A stretch of 64,000 nucleotides of DNA from Chrysomallon squamiferum. Lineage: Eukaryota > Animalia > Mollusca. This document shows, in pieces, positions 26,701 through 42,000 of the stretch; position 1 is the stretch's first letter; every line of letters starts with the position of its first letter. The position numbers and the translations under genes were made by a program. Below the pieces are notes generated by a model that saw only the letters and a list, made by a program, of their open reading frames with translations, searched no databases and was not told the origin of the DNA. The stretch is taken from the NCBI GenBank assembly GCA_012295275.1, contig CM022665.1, positions 39,370,001-39,434,000 on the forward strand. Direction: 5' to 3'.

Positions 26701-29151
26701 CAGAAAAACAGATGGACTATGTTTCAACAATGGAGTATATTCATAGCAGACTGAGTAAATAGTAATTTAGTAAGAACAGAGCAAAACAACATTAAAATAA
26801 TGAATACATATTTTATTTATGGATAATGATTTGGGCTGGAACAGAAGTTTTTAGCATTTTTCAGTAGTTGGCATTTGAGCACTTGATTTTGTTTCACATG
26901 TGACTGAAATATGTGACATATTCTGGAAGTTGAACAAAACGGCACATATATGGCTGAAAAATCTATGTACAAATATCTAAAAAATTTCTTTGACTTTCAC
27001 TTAACAAATGCTATGTATTTTTCTATTACATGCAGATGTTATGCCACCTGATGAATATCATAGCAGTGTAGACAACTCAGTGTATACTAATGCCATCGCT
27101 AGGGAGTGTATTGTAACAGCCATGAGGGTCAATGACCTCCTGGGCAAAGAGTCACCCAGACAGTGGTCAAACATCACAATGAATATGTACATCCCATTTG
27201 ATGCAGTGCAGCAATATCATCCAGAATTTGATGGATACACTCCTGGTATTAATTAAATTATGTTCTTTATGTGACTGATAATAAATTTTGAGAATAAAAT
27301 AATAAGTTCTGGGAAGTGTAATGAGGATGACATTTTTCATTGCTTCATGATGTCATTTTATATAAAGAAATGTATAACAACAATAACAAAAACAACAACA
27401 CATAATAATAATAATAATGATGATGATGATGATAATGATGATAATAATAATAACATTAAAGAAAATTAATACATATAGAAATTTACAGCAATTTACTTAC
27501 TTTTTTAATGTTTATCTTAAATAAAGATATTTTTTAATTCTTTTATTTAAAGGAATCCAATAATGAATGATAATTCTGGTTGGAGTGATAAATAAAGATA
27601 CTAAATGTAAAGAAAAGAATTAATTTTGTTTTGTTTCAGAGGATGTTGTGAAACAAGCTGATGTTGTTATGTTAAATTACCCACTGATGGCAGAAGACAG
27701 GGGAATTCAAGTTATTGAAAATGACCTCAATATTTATGAAAAGGTGAACAGCATATTATTAATACTGTCACAACCGCTAAATAATTCATAGTGAAGCATT
27801 AAATCATTTTAATTCAAAAGATATGTTAAATACTATATACTGATATTTAATATGATTTTAATTTATTTTATTTATTTACTTATATTTTGTCTTTCTTTCT
27901 TCTTATCTTCTTCTTCTTCTTCTTCTTCTTATTATTATTATCATTATCATTATTAGTGGTAGTAGTAGTAGTAGTATATATCTTTTTTTGGTCAGTAATA
28001 ATAATATGGTTGTCCATATAATATCTATTTATTTTAATAATATTTGACACAGGCAACACCTGGTGGACCAGCAATGACTTGGGGAATATTCACAATCAAC
28101 TGGCTTCAGCTAGGAAACAAGATTCGAGCTGACAGCTTCTTCCAACGCACAATAGTCAATGCTCAAAGGCCCTTCTTTGTAAGTCACTATTGTCAGACGA
28201 TAATTTCTGTTTGCTGTTTGTTTTTTTATTTACAAACATATACAGATTAGATTTACCATCTTCATTATATGACTAGTCTAATAGAGTCTTATTATGTAGA
28301 AAAATCTGAACAGTTTGGTAAACATTTTTGTCACTATTTGATTTCATGTAGTTAACACCAAATCTGTCAAAACTCTTGCCTGTAACTTAGCATTAAAAAT
28401 CAGTGACATATGATAACTGTTATATATAAAAATCTGTAGAGATTTTAAAATTATTTATAATTTGTTCCAACATTTTATCTCATTTTATATATATTTTTAA
28501 CTGATATATTCACTTAGAATGGATGTTTATGAATGTTAATTAAAAGTAGCTTAGAAAAGTATGTTCAGGTGTCTGTTTTCTATTTAAACTGAATATTTTA
28601 TCTTCAAATATCTTATGTTTAAACTGAACATATCATCTTCAAATATCTTATGTTTAAACTGAATATACATCATCTTCAAATATCTTACATTTAAACTGAA
28701 TATATCATCTTCAGATATCTTGTATTTAAAGTGAATATATTATCCTCAGATATCTTGTATTTAAACTGAATGTACTGTCTTCAAATAAATTATTATTTTT
28801 GTCATACAGATTTGGACAGAAGAAGCAGATGGTGGTGGTGCAACCAACTTTCACACTGGAATGGGTGGTTACCTGCAGTCTCTTATTTTTGGATACGGTG
28901 GTTTCAAACTGTATAACCAACAATTAGACTTCAATCCCTCACTACCTCCGTCCACAACAACATTCTCACTGACAGGCATCGACTACGCCAACAACTCATT
29001 TGACTTTGTGTTTGAGGAGAGGTCAATGACAGTCACACTGACCCATGAAACTCGGCCAGTTGGACTTCTGGTCAATAGAGTGACCACTAAGATGAACCTG
29101 GGTCAAAATTATACATATGCACGAGGTCCAGCTGCTATTATTCCACTTTAA
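21762..29151 (+). CDS. PGGHG: Protein-glucosylgalactosylhydroxylysine glucosidase (acid trehalase-like, GH65), 819 aa, with N-terminal signal peptide
   Basis: Exons 21762-22219, 22672-22880, 23282-23489, 23923-24107, 24524-24747, 25239-25422, 26003-26212, 27036-27245, 27640-27743, 28053-28178, 28810-29151 (2460 nt, open). GH65 motifs DYMGHVFWDQD, GARYPWES, EIHITGD, VMPPDEY, VKQADV, GPAMTW, WTE..G.GATNFHTGMGGYLQ. Confidence 0.95.
24135..24312. mobile_element. Degenerate interspersed repeat, probable SINE relic (copy 2)
   Basis: cattctgtgaactactcat...gaatcttctgtatgcacc resembles copies at ~19040 and ~51875. Confidence 0.4.
28583..28787. repeat. ~35-bp minisatellite, ~6 copies, last PGGHG intron
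   Basis: Unit tttaaactgaatatatcatcttcaaatatcttatg at 28583, 28618, 28653, 28690, 28725, 28760. Confidence 0.9.
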
Positions 29152-29929
29152 ATTTAAATAATAATAATAATAATACATAATTATGTCTCTTAGAGAGATA
29201 GAAGATGTATACATACACAGTGCCAAAAATCTTTACAGACTTTTATAAAATTTATCATACATATATTTATTTTTTTTTGACTTGATCATTTGCATTTTTG
29301 AAGATATTAAATATATCTATGAAGTAAATTATATATTACTTTTAAAAGTTGTAAACAATTACCAGTGTGATGTTTGAACCTGTTATTTGCAATTATTTTC
29401 ATAATATACTTTTATTCATTATATTTGTGTTAATGTTTTAATCATGAACATAACAAACCATCCAGACAGTTCATTTAAAACCTTTCATTTATTTCATTCT
29501 TTAAAACTGTTACACAAAGTACATGAACTATAAATTCTGATTCATTTACACTATGGGCACATTTAATATAAAAAAATAATATCTTTAAAAAGTAGATTAT
29601 TATATTACATTTCTGTAATAATATTAAATAGTAACAGTAATAATCACAAATCCATGATAAAAAAAAAACCACAAAACTAATATCAAGATTTCATCTATCC
29701 ATTTTAATATTAGTTTGATGAAACAGCACTATTTTCATGATTATAAAATTTTTAATTAAACTCATTAACATTTATCTTTAAAAATTTCCAATATGCATCT
29801 GTATGACATTGTAAATCATAATCTCAAATAGAACACACAGTGTCCGATATTTGAGAAAATTGTGAATGGTTAATAATTTCTTACACAAAGACATAAAAAT
29901 CATTTTTATTCTGTCTGTAAATCTGTGCA

Positions 29930-32900
29930 TCATGATAACCTTGTCCACTTTTCACTGATAGCCCAAAGTCTTTGGGCTGCCTTGTCATCCATAGCCTGCT
30001 TGGCAGCACGAGATTCTCGACAATCACTGAAAATATTTGAATGAAATCATTAAAAAAATTATTTATTTTTAAACTAATAATAATTTTTAAAAAAGGCAAA
30101 AAAAAAATATCAAAAATTTAAAAAGATATCTCAGAAGATCTGAGAAAATGTTTTTAAAATGTATATACAAAGTTAGTAAAACATAGAATAATACAAATTG
30201 AGTTTCTGCTTATTGTATGAATCAAGAGAAAGACAATAGTAATAAAAAAAAGGCTTTAAATAACTAAAAACAAAACGTAAAAAAAAATTAAAATAAAAAA
30301 CAAATTTAAAAACAAAATTAAAAACATATTCAAAAAAAACAAACAAAAGAAAACACTAAATTATGATTTTCAAAAAACCCCAATAAAAGCCCATAATAAC
30401 AGACAGATAGTCATACATTACAAAAATGTAACTGCTCGAGAAACTGTTTTAAGGATATCATGAAACCATTAAAAAAAAATAGATGTAATGGTGTTAGTTT
30501 GAATTTTTTAAATTCAGCTTAATTCAAATTATGCACAAAATTTTCAGAGGACAATCAAATTTAGAGACCAAACAAAACTTCAACTTTAGTGCTCAATATT
30601 GTACTTATTTCAGGATCAAAATATTTTCTAATTTTACTGTTGTTTTTATAATGATTGACAATAATTTCTATATTTTCGTCAATAATAAAAAAATCATAAA
30701 TTTAAATAAATAAATAAAATAACATGCAGTCACACATATTTTTTTTTTCTCATATTTTTCTTCTTTTCTTGTCACTGACTAAATGTATTTAACAAAAATT
30801 ATTGTATTCTCTTACGTGAAGTATTTTCCTGTTATTTTTTCAACCTTTGGATCTATGGCTAAGAACAGTACAGTCTGTGCACCCTGCACTGGTGTTTTCA
30901 TGAAAAACCATTTCAGTGGAGAGAGAATTCCACCTGAAACCACTGATTTGTCTATGCCCATGTGTCGACCAATATTTGTGTTCACAATGCCTGGATTAGC
31001 ACAGTTTGATGTGACACCAGTGCCTAAAAAGAAGATGATGTAAAAGAAATAAAAAAGGATAGTTTTGATAAGACATTAAGTGGTTCATAAATATGCCATG
31101 ACTGATATTACTATTCCAACTACACCAAATACTTACAAAACACAGCATATGTAAAAAAAAAAAAAAAAAAAAACCCCAAAAACACAGCTCTATAGGTATG
31201 ACTGTAAATATATTTGGAATAATTATAGAAAATAATCTCAAAAAATAAATTATAAAATAAAATGAATAAATAAATAAATAAATATCAGTACAAATTTATG
31301 AGTTACATATATTATTTTCAAATATTTTAAAAAGGGAAAATCAGATTATAGACCAACATAAATTTAGTTTAGATTTTTTTTTTTTTTTTTTTATACAAAT
31401 CATGTCAGAAAAAATATTTAAAATTCTACATGCAAATATCATCTTATGACTGCTTGAAAATTGTACAGATAATCATACCTTCCAATCGTTTAGCCAGCTC
31501 TCGTGAAAACAGAACATTTGCCAATTTGCTCTGTTCGTATGCCCGTCCAGGGTCATAAAATTTAGAAGAATTTAAATCCTCAAAATAGATTTGTCCATGT
31601 GTGTGTGCCAGACACGACAGAGTTATCACTCTGCTTGGAGCTGATTTCTTTAAAACATCTAGTAGAAGATTTGTTAAAAGAAAATGACCTGTGAAAAAGA
31701 AACAAGAAACATTTATTTAGTTTTATTTGTAATTATTTCTAACATCTGGTAGACATCTGGTTAAAAAAAAAAAATATATATATATAGTCAAAACAGAAAT
31801 TAAAAATGAATTACATTTGTAATTATTTCTTTAACATCTAGTTAGAAAATTTGTTTAAAAAAAACCTAAAAAAAAGTTGTAAAATACATATATGTATCTA
31901 AATTACATTTATTTAAAATTATTAAATATCTGATTGAACAAATATTGAAAGAAAATAACCCATAGAAAAAAGGGAGACTGGAGAAGAATCAATTTTATTT
32001 ATCATGCTATCTATGCAACAGAAAAATGTTTTGTTTTTATAATGTGACTGGTAGAAAATAAAGGAAAAAAAAAAAACCTTTTATGAAACCTTGGATCTGC
32101 TCACAATAACTAAAACTCAAATGATTGTATTATAACAACTAAAAGTTGAAGTATTTACATCTGTCAGACACAAGTGCTAAAACAATTATCTTTGTTACAA
32201 AAGAAATATTTAACTGAATGATACACTGAAAAAAACAACAAAAAAACATTTACCTAAATGATTGACACCAAGCTGCATTTCAAAACCATCCTCTGTCAGT
32301 TTTTTTGGACATCTCATTATTCCAGCATTGTTTATGAGAACTTCTAAATGTGAGTCATCTGAAAGTAATGTTTTAAATCTAGATTTGAAACATTCTTCTG
32401 ACTAAAAATGAACAAATATTTTAAATCTAATTTTAGAGAATATTCTTTATTCAAAAATGTTCTGAAGCTAAAACTCTTATTTGCTTTGAAATATCTTATT
32501 AATCAATATCACTTCTATTTGTTTTAAATATTTTTAATTAATCACAATAAAAAGTCTTATATCAACTTCTACACGTAATTTAACTAACTGTTGAAGTACA
32601 AAAGTGCCTAATGAAAAAAAAAAATCAAATTGACTAATTAATATGAATAACATAACTAATCTGAAACATTTTTCAAGATTTGAATTATTTAATTTTTGTT
32701 TTTTTAAATACAATTATGAAGTATCTAAAAAGATTTCCTACTTGCTTTGAAGTATTTAACGAAAGCTCTGATAGAAGCCATGGATGACAAGTCAAGTCTA
32801 CGACAATGAAGGTTGTGATTTGCAGATTCCATCACAATTTCAGCTTTAGTTTTCTCACATTCTTCCAGATCTCGGCAGGCCATGATGACTTTAGCACCTG

Positions 32901-33658
32901 GAACAAAAAAAAAAAAAAAAAAAAATTAAAATTAAACCATTACCTAATGTGGATTAATTTATAGAATTAAAATAATACATGAACAACTGTGGACAGTTCT
33001 GTGAAAATACAAAATATATAAAAATGACATTTTTCAGATTTCTTGACATATTGTTATTCTTCAAGCTGATTTTTTTAACAAAATAAGGAATCACTGGTGT
33101 TTATTTAATATTAAATTTATTAAATTAAACAGTAACTGTAAAGTAGCAAACACTTCACAAAGATAGACAGAAAATGCATGTCACATTGAAGAGATTTTAG
33201 GTATTAACAGTGAAGAATATTTGTACCTGAAAATGTTAAGAAGTTATATGCTAAGACATCTTATGTATACTAGTAGGAATATGAATCAAGTCTACTAAAC
33301 CAGGATTTCAAATTTGATAAAATAAAATGTAAAATAATGACATAAATATGCTAAAAAAAACAGTGAATTTTGAAATCTTTTAGAAATTTAGATTCTAGAA
33401 TTGTTTTGCACAATCTATATGGATTCTGCGGGTATAAATAGTTTTAGAAGCTCTCTACTAAAACACTCACTTTGATCTTGTGATCAGTGTGAATGGTACA
33501 AAACACCTTACCTCTCATAGCCAGTTCTCTAGTAGTCTCTTTGCCAATTCCAGAGTTAGCTCCAGTAACAATGACAATCTTCCCAGCCATTCTTTCTTTA
33601 CCTGTGTACCTTGCTCCTCCCATATAATCTCTGAAAATACACATTTATTAAAATGTAT

Positions 33659-33701
<43 letters not shown>

Positions 33702-34151
33702 TTGTTGTTTTTAATATTTTTTTCTGTTCTGTTGTGGACAAATATCTTTATGATAAAACCTGTAAATACTGGACACAATAACCATGAAGTAAACTGTACA
33801 AAAATATGTACCCATCACCCATTAAAAAGTCTAATAAAGATGATTTAATACTTCCCCTTACTTCAAAATTTTAGGAACAATATAATATTTTAAGTGTTTT
33901 GTGGGTTTTGAGAGGAATTCTTTACTATTTGTTTTTTAATAGTGTCAGCAATAGGAATAAAAAATTATTATGTTGAATTATTAATGAATAAATAAAGAAA
34001 ACTTGAAACAGCAATACATGTAAAAAAAAGTATTTTTCATCTTTATTCTCTTAAGAATATAAATATCTTACTTGATAAGGAAAACACTTCCAGCAATTGT
34101 TCCTACAAGACTTATTGGAAAGAGATATGGAGGCATACGATATGGAGCCAT
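29930..34151 (-). CDS. RDH13: Retinol dehydrogenase 13-like short-chain dehydrogenase/reductase, 324 aa
   Basis: Exons 34151-34072, 33630-33512, 32897-32742, 32358-32254, 31688-31479, 31023-30816, 30026-29930. N-terminus [24 protein letters not shown] is RDH13-like; [42 protein letters not shown] (YxxxK), RLWAISEK. Confidence 0.88.
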
Positions 34152-35948
34152 GTTGCAAACTACTGATGTTTATAAACTGAATTTCTAATGTGGTTAATCT
34201 GTAAATAACCAAGTAAGAACTAAAATAGATACATAGATAGATAGACAGACAGATATAAACTATATTTCAAAAAAATTAATAAAATATAAAAACCCAAGTA
34301 ATTGCTATATGTATATAAATATATGCATTAAATTATATTGAAAACAAAAATATAAACTTATTGTATAGAAGAATATATACCAATGAATAAATAAAAAATC
34401 AAATCAAATCAATCAAAATTAAATCATACCAAATCAATGCCACTCTCCTTGCATTTGGTGTATTTCTTGTTATCTTAAAAATACAATTTATTTAAAATGT
34501 AATATATACATATGTTTATTCAAAAAGTTTAAAACAGAATGTTGCAATGCCTAATACTAAATAAAATAACTAATCATTATTTTACACTCTAACAGTAACA
34601 GTAATTTATCTAATGACATTATCAGTTTCTACAAGGCAGCAGTAAAACTAGTGCAATGAGGTTAAGTAGGAAGAAATCATATAATGACGACCCATGCTTC
34701 ACTTACAGTTTACTTAAACTTATAATTATGAATACGTGACACAAGGTTCTAATTTCCTCCTAAAAATATTAACTAAACATTGTTAACATGTCTTTGACAT
34801 TAGCTTGGGTTGATGCAAACGTGCGAAGAACACAAATAGACTGATCTGAAACACCAAGCAAAAACGTATGTATGTGAAGCGAATTTGTTATGGAGAAACG
34901 GTTAGAAGTAACTTCTTGTTGAAACAAATTTTTTTAGTTAGGATACCATTATATTAATCAGTTTTGCACGATGTCATCACTGATACTCTTTCCGGCACCA
35001 CCACAAATTTTCAATTCTTGGTTTCCGATTGGCATAGTTGTAATATCGGGAGTATTTTGATTGTTAAATTGGAATCTGTTACCTTTTTTCGCGACTCACT
35101 TAATTTCGTTGAAATAAACTATGATATAAAATTTAACGCTGCAAATTATATGTTGAAGATTATTTTAAAACAAGTGAATTTTAAAGAGTTAATTCTAATT
35201 TTAATTTTATTACAATATCCTATATATTAATTGTTAATAATAAAATGATGAACAGAATGATGATGAGCGTTACGTAATCTACCTCCAAGTTAAATAATCT
35301 GTTTTTATTTTTATTATTTTTAGCAGACTGGGGTGCGTAAATGATTAGAACACTTTCAGCATTTCAGTTAATTTTCTTGAAACTCAAAATAGTAAACCTG
35401 GAACCAAATAATTAGTTTTGTATTAGAATGTGCATTATCTTTTCATTTTCGTTTCTTAAGTGTGTATTTTTATGTGCTGCCTTCTTTTAGTAGGCTAATA
35501 TTACTAGATTTAGATTGGTGACCTATGAAGAATACCATTTGTCACAACAGCAGTTATAACGACGTTCCAGACTTCTAATTAATATATAGATACATTAATA
35601 ATTATTCTATAAATATTTTTTATAAACAGCAGGTATATATCATAAAATAACAATCAAAAGTTAACAACTCAGAACATTTTCAGAATCATTTTAATACCCT
35701 GTTAACATGACTATAGCTATGAATACTTGAACAGTGACAGTACTATAACAATTCACATTTATCTGTAATATTGATGTTTCAGAAAAACTGAAATAATAGT
35801 CTCCAGTTTTGGAGATAACCATTTGAATGGAGAAATTAATACATGATTACATCATATTTCAAACAAATGTTCTACAGCCTTTTTGAAAATTAAAAATATT
35901 ACTAATATATATATATATATATATCTCAAGAATTTGCAGGTTTACTTT

Positions 35949-37079
35949 CTAATTCTCTGTGTCTATAATCAAAGGTTCATGTCCAGTTTTCTTGAGAAAC
36001 TTTTTCAAGTCTTCTGGTGTGATACCAGTACTTGCTGAATTAACCATGGGATGAAAATAGATTTTTTTCACAGACCCATTCACAAATTTTGAGTCCAGTA
36101 TAAGTTGGACATCACTGTCACGGTCATTAATCAAACCAAATATAGTTACTGCACCTTGCTTTAAACCCATCTTTTCTTGCAGTGTCGATTCATCAGCAAA
36201 CCGCAAACCTCCTGTTGCTTTTACCAATTTGGCTAAATCATTGAGCTTGATGTTGGCATCATGAGGTGCACAAAAAAGATAGAGATTCTTTTTCTTGTCT
36301 TTCAGAAAAAGGTTTTTGGCAAATACTCCATCCAGATTCTGGATGTGTGGAAGTGCCTGTTCAACCGTAAATACCTGGAACAGTTAATAACAAAAGATGA
36401 AGGTTGATTGTTTAATGGTTGTTTCTAATTGTTTTTAAATTTTACTTTAAAGCAAATTATAATTTTGTTGATATAATATTTTTTGTATACATTGCTGATC
36501 TTCTGAATTCCCTGTTTAATTTCATAAATAATTATAAGATAGATAAATATTACAACTAAAACATTCGTTGTTTTTTAATCATTTTGAAATTTATATTTGT
36601 ATAATTCATTATTATTTATTGACATTTGTACAAATGAAATTTGGTTTTATAGTTGAAATTTTGGTGTGTTGACGATAATCGAAACTTAATTCAAGTTTTA
36701 TTGATTCTTAATTTTACAATAATACAAACAGTAGTAACAGTGTTAATTAATTTTTAGACATCAGACTCGAATTTATTAAGTTCATGCAAATAAAGCTATT
36801 GTCTATTTTAAAGCAGTAAAGTAAACTGATTAGTAAAAGAGGTTTCGTTTCTTCTTGTATTATTTATTTATAATTTCAAGTTAACCTTGTGTGCAAAAGA
36901 AAATAATTGTTTTAAACTACAGATTATCTCCTCTTGGATAACATTTGGGATGTGTTCGTTTTAAGTAATAATGTTAATGTTACCTCTGGATGCTCAACAG
37001 TATCACATGTTATTCCGAGTTCTGTCAATAAAGAAAGTAGCTCAGACTTGCCAACCTGTTCCGTCATTTTCTCTACCAT
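35949..37079 (-). CDS. PRORSD1: Prolyl-tRNA synthetase associated domain-containing protein 1 (YbaK/ProX family tRNA deacylase), ~173 aa
   Basis: Exons 37079-36984 and 36374-35949. Motifs EHPEVFTVE, AKNLFLKDKK, LRFADE..L.EKMG...GAVT.FGLIND, FHPMVN.A.TGI...DL.KFL..TGH. Start could be ATG at 37067. Confidence 0.9.
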
Positions 37080-37555
37080 TTCCTTGACCAAGACTAAACG
37101 AAAAATGTATATTAATCGAGACTAACTTTTGAGTGTTTTTTCCACACGCGCACACGCACACAAAATGAATGAATGAATGAATGAACGTAGCATTATTATT
37201 TAAATATTATAGTAACTTTCATGGCGATCGCGGAATTCAGCATCACATAATCATTTGTATCGTCTGTTCTGCAAGAACAATGCGCGCACCAACATGTAAT
37301 CATTAGTAACAAATAGTATTTCTTTATTTTTAACACTATCGACTACTGCAAACGATGTTATCATCAACAAGTACCGCGAAGAACCATGAACATTTTCAGT
37401 TTCCGATTATTATAGTATCAGCAATCTCCATTTTAACTTGGAAAATGAGACAGACTTCTTGTATAATACTTTTGTCTTTCGTTATTAATTTTATTTATTT
37501 TTCTCGAATTCAACAGATGCAATCTTCATTAAAAAAAAAAAAAAAAAAAAAAAAA

Positions 37556-37612
<57 letters not shown>

Positions 37613-38011
37613 GTAAGTAAATGAAATAAATTAAAAACATATTCAAAGAAAATATTTTATTAAATTTAATTGACAATCTTCACTGGCTAAATAAAATATG
37701 TAGTGTTAGAGGTTAAATATGTGCTGAACATGGCAGACAACAATTAGTGTTATGGAATATTCATGCTGTGCAAATGATTATACAGATGGAGCAAAATTTG
37801 GAATATGAATATTTTCCCATGGTAATAAAAATGATGAATTTATATAGGTATATTTCATGATTTTTTTAACGATTATTTCGAATCCTTGTCAGAGTGAATA
37901 TCAGATTAGAAAGAAAAGAAATGAGTTGTGCTTGTAAGCAGATACTTTATCCTTAAAACTGTTTTATGCATTCTGTTTCTGTACTGAATAATTTTTCTCT
38001 TTTATAATATA

Positions 38012-38062
<51 letters not shown>

Positions 38063-38988
38063 TGTTTTTGTTTATTTTGGAGGGGCATATATTTTTATTT
38101 ACTTTTATTTATTTGTTTTTATTATTTTATTTATTTATTATTTTTGTTTTAAACTTATTTATTTATTTATTTACTTATTTATTTATTTTTTAAACAGACA
38201 AATACAACAACATCTGTGATTAAGACAAAATTTTATATTTACAAACAAGGTATAACAGATCAAACATGAAGGTTATACAACAGCTGCTGGTATCACAAAA
38301 CATTATCACCAATAAAAACAAAACTGCGGAAGGGAAATACTGCGAAGCGTGAGAAAAACAAACTTCAAAGACAAACATACTGCAATGACAAAGTTTTATT
38401 TAGCTAATAATAATGATAAAACAAAAATTAACTTTAAAAATGAATAATATAATAACGATAAGAACAAGCATGAAAGTATTATGTTGATTACAGTTCTATA
38501 GATATTTGTTATCTTAAAACTAAATTACACAGTATAATGATAATAAAATGAAATTTTAAGTCGCAAAATTTTACTCAATAAAAGATAAAAATCTATATAC
38601 AATTGTTCGTTACGAATTAATAATAAATACAAATACTAATAAAAAATCAGTATCCATTCTAAAATTGAATAAACAATTTTTTAAAAATGAATAAAAGGAG
38701 TTGTTATAAAATATAGGAAAATAGAAAAACTCCTTAGTAGACAAGAAAACATTAAGCACACTAATGGATACTGTTGTATCTAATTTATTTCCATGGTTTT
38801 AAAAGCAAAAGTTAAATAGACATCAAAAGATCTAACATGGATAATTCTTTACAAAATGAGCAAGGTTTAAATTGTAAGCACATCACTATATTATTACTTG
38901 TAACAAAAATAACAGAAGTGCAATAAAACAATTATTCATTCATTCACAGTTATAATTTATTTTATATACAATGAGCAATATATTAATA

Positions 38989-39064
<76 letters not shown>

Positions 39065-42000
39065 GGCATTAATGTTAACAGAAGTAAATGGATATAAGTA
39101 TTGCGTTGACCAGAATAATATTGTTTTAAATGTAAATAATATGAAAGACACTGGATATTATTAATTTATTTTTTCTGTGACTCTTGACTAAAAACCCAGC
39201 AAACAGGGTTGAATGAGATGTACAGTATTAACTGACATACATTACGCAAGAATGGCTAAACAATTTTTACAATCCAGATCAATAAACCCTTATCTGAAAT
39301 CTGAAAAACCCTAAAGAATAACATTATATTTTTGTGCAAAGCATTACATTGACTGTACAATTAACTGAGGATTTTAAAATGCAATTTAATTTGTATATTT
39401 TACAAATATTATATAATTAAACCTTGTAGAATATTTACTTTTCATTGCCAAGGATTTCAGATAGTGGATAGTTGATCTGTATTAACTGACATTAATATTT
39501 TGATAAGTGTATCTTACTATGACCATAAATATCTTCTGTTATTATTCTGTGAACAGTCAGTGACTGTTTTTGATTATGACAAAATAATTTACCCCCCCCC
39601 CAAAACATGCACAATTATGTTGTACATATGCTGAAAAAGTGTTAACAACAAGATAATAAAGATTAGATTCACTTCAGTCACTTACAATGTACAATTTAAT
39701 CTTAAGTAATGAACAATACATATAAAACAATTCAATAATACTCTATAAAGGAAAATATTTTACTCAGGAAAAATTTGGCAATCCTATGTTCTAATTGAGG
39801 CACTAACTTGGAACAGTTTTCCTTTCTTATTTTTTAAAAATCTTTTTTTTTTTTCCCCTTTACTTAAGACTATACAGATTTATTTCTCATGAATTTCTGA
39901 CTAATGAAAATGTTTCCTTTTGCAATATTTTGAAAAGTAACACCTGACTTGCCTAAAACAATGGATGTTTTTTGTTGATTATCGCTTAGAAATAGGTCTT
40001 CCAGAAGTGGTGAAGAAAAATAGTTAAAAGCTATGAAAGCTATCATCTGTTTTCTATTGTTTACACAAGACATACAGTTGTACACACATAAAAGTACATG
40101 TTAAATATTACTGAAAACACAGAAAATTCATTAGCACAGCAAATAAAATGTACGTAGAGAAAGACGCAATTTAACATTTCAAAAAGACAAAACTATTATT
40201 ATGGTTAGTAATATTTTTTTGTTTTTTTAAATAACAAATTAAACTGAATTCAATTTCTAACTATAAAAAAAAATTATAAAAAAAAAAAGAAACAAAAAAA
40301 GTTTTCAAAAATTAATTACTTACATAATTATTGTTCACATTTAGATTATATAATAATCAATGATTTGATGTTCATATATAGTCTTATGAACAAAAAGCCT
40401 AAATACATTTTCTACTCTATGCACTTATTTCGCTTGCATTCAAAACACATCTTTGCTGATTATTTGGAAGCAAAAATTTAAAATATTTAATGTTATTATG
40501 GCATATTAACTCATACATTCTCATGTACATTTAATTCATTAACTGAGGTAAACCATTAAAGATGTAAATTTTTAAAAATGCAGAAAAAAAAATGTAAACT
40601 ATTTCATGTTGCTAATACAAAATTTAAAGACTGACAGAAAATAAAATGAAAATAAAATCAATGACAAGAGTTATGCTTAATCAGTAAAATGATTATCAAA
40701 TCATTCATATTTCAGAATACAGATGAGGATTCAAAGAAGTAACAATAAAAATAAATATAATATATTTTTATATTTTTCAAAGTAATGATTGGAATCTAAT
40801 CTAGAAAGGACACTTTAAATGTTTTTCAAGAGGATTATTATTAGAATTTAAATCTGAAAATTAAATAAAAACCAAAATAATTATTTTAAATTGTAAGACC
40901 CCATTTCAGTATGTATTAATATTTTGATAAATTTCCAATATTTCTGTGGGGAAAATTGTTCATAAATATCAAATGTCATTTGAAATAAATAGAGATCAAA
41001 TTAAAAAAAAAAAAAAAAAAAAAATGAAAGAAAGAAGAAAATGTTTCTTATTCCAGTTGAGTCATTTTGTTATGTCATTATTACTATTGACCAAAAAAAA
41101 AAAAAAAAAAAAATAAAATAAAACATTTATTTTTTTATTTGATGTTTGTTATCCCTGAGTAAAAGAATACTTCATCAAATGAATCATGAGGTTAGAAAAC
41201 AAAACTTTAAATTGTTTTGTTTTTTCCCTCAATTTTTGCAATATCCAGCCTCGATCACATAATCATTATGTAATGAAGGCTGGCAAATGATAATGTAAAA
41301 ACAAACACAAAACTACACACCCCAAACCTCCCCCTCAAAAAACCCCATAAACAATAGAATAATAATAACAATAATAATAATAATAATAAATAAATAAATA
41401 AAAATATAACATTAATAATTATTATGATGAAGAAAATATGAGTTTTTAGAAGCCTTCATTAATTGCCATTAGTAAAATTAAGCTGCCAATCTTCTCTTTA
41501 TTCATTTAAATGAATTAAATAAATATGTTCCATGTGAATGTGATATATATGAGTTATCAGTTACTGAGGCACAAGTGTTAAGAATCTTAATAAGATGAAT
41601 GACTTGAGAAATAATTATATATTTTATCAGTTATCTTGATAATTTCATCAGGTATCATTATTAGGAATTTCAGGTAAATAATTTAATAAATATAAAAAAA
41701 AAAAAAAAAAAAAAAAATAATATAATTGGTAATAATTAATGTAATTAATAAAATCAATTAACAGCAATTAATGATCAAAGAAAGCTCTCAGAATCAATCT
41801 AACATAAATCTTGTAAATATTGGGCTGAAGTTAAATTTATATATTAAAAAATGTACGCATGTTTTCAATATGATTCAGTGAACACAAACATATACCCATG
41901 TATTGAAGTGACCTAGATTTCAAGATTTTCCTGTTTTCAAGATGTAGACTTTATATAAATATATATACATATACACAGACACACACACACACTTAAAATA

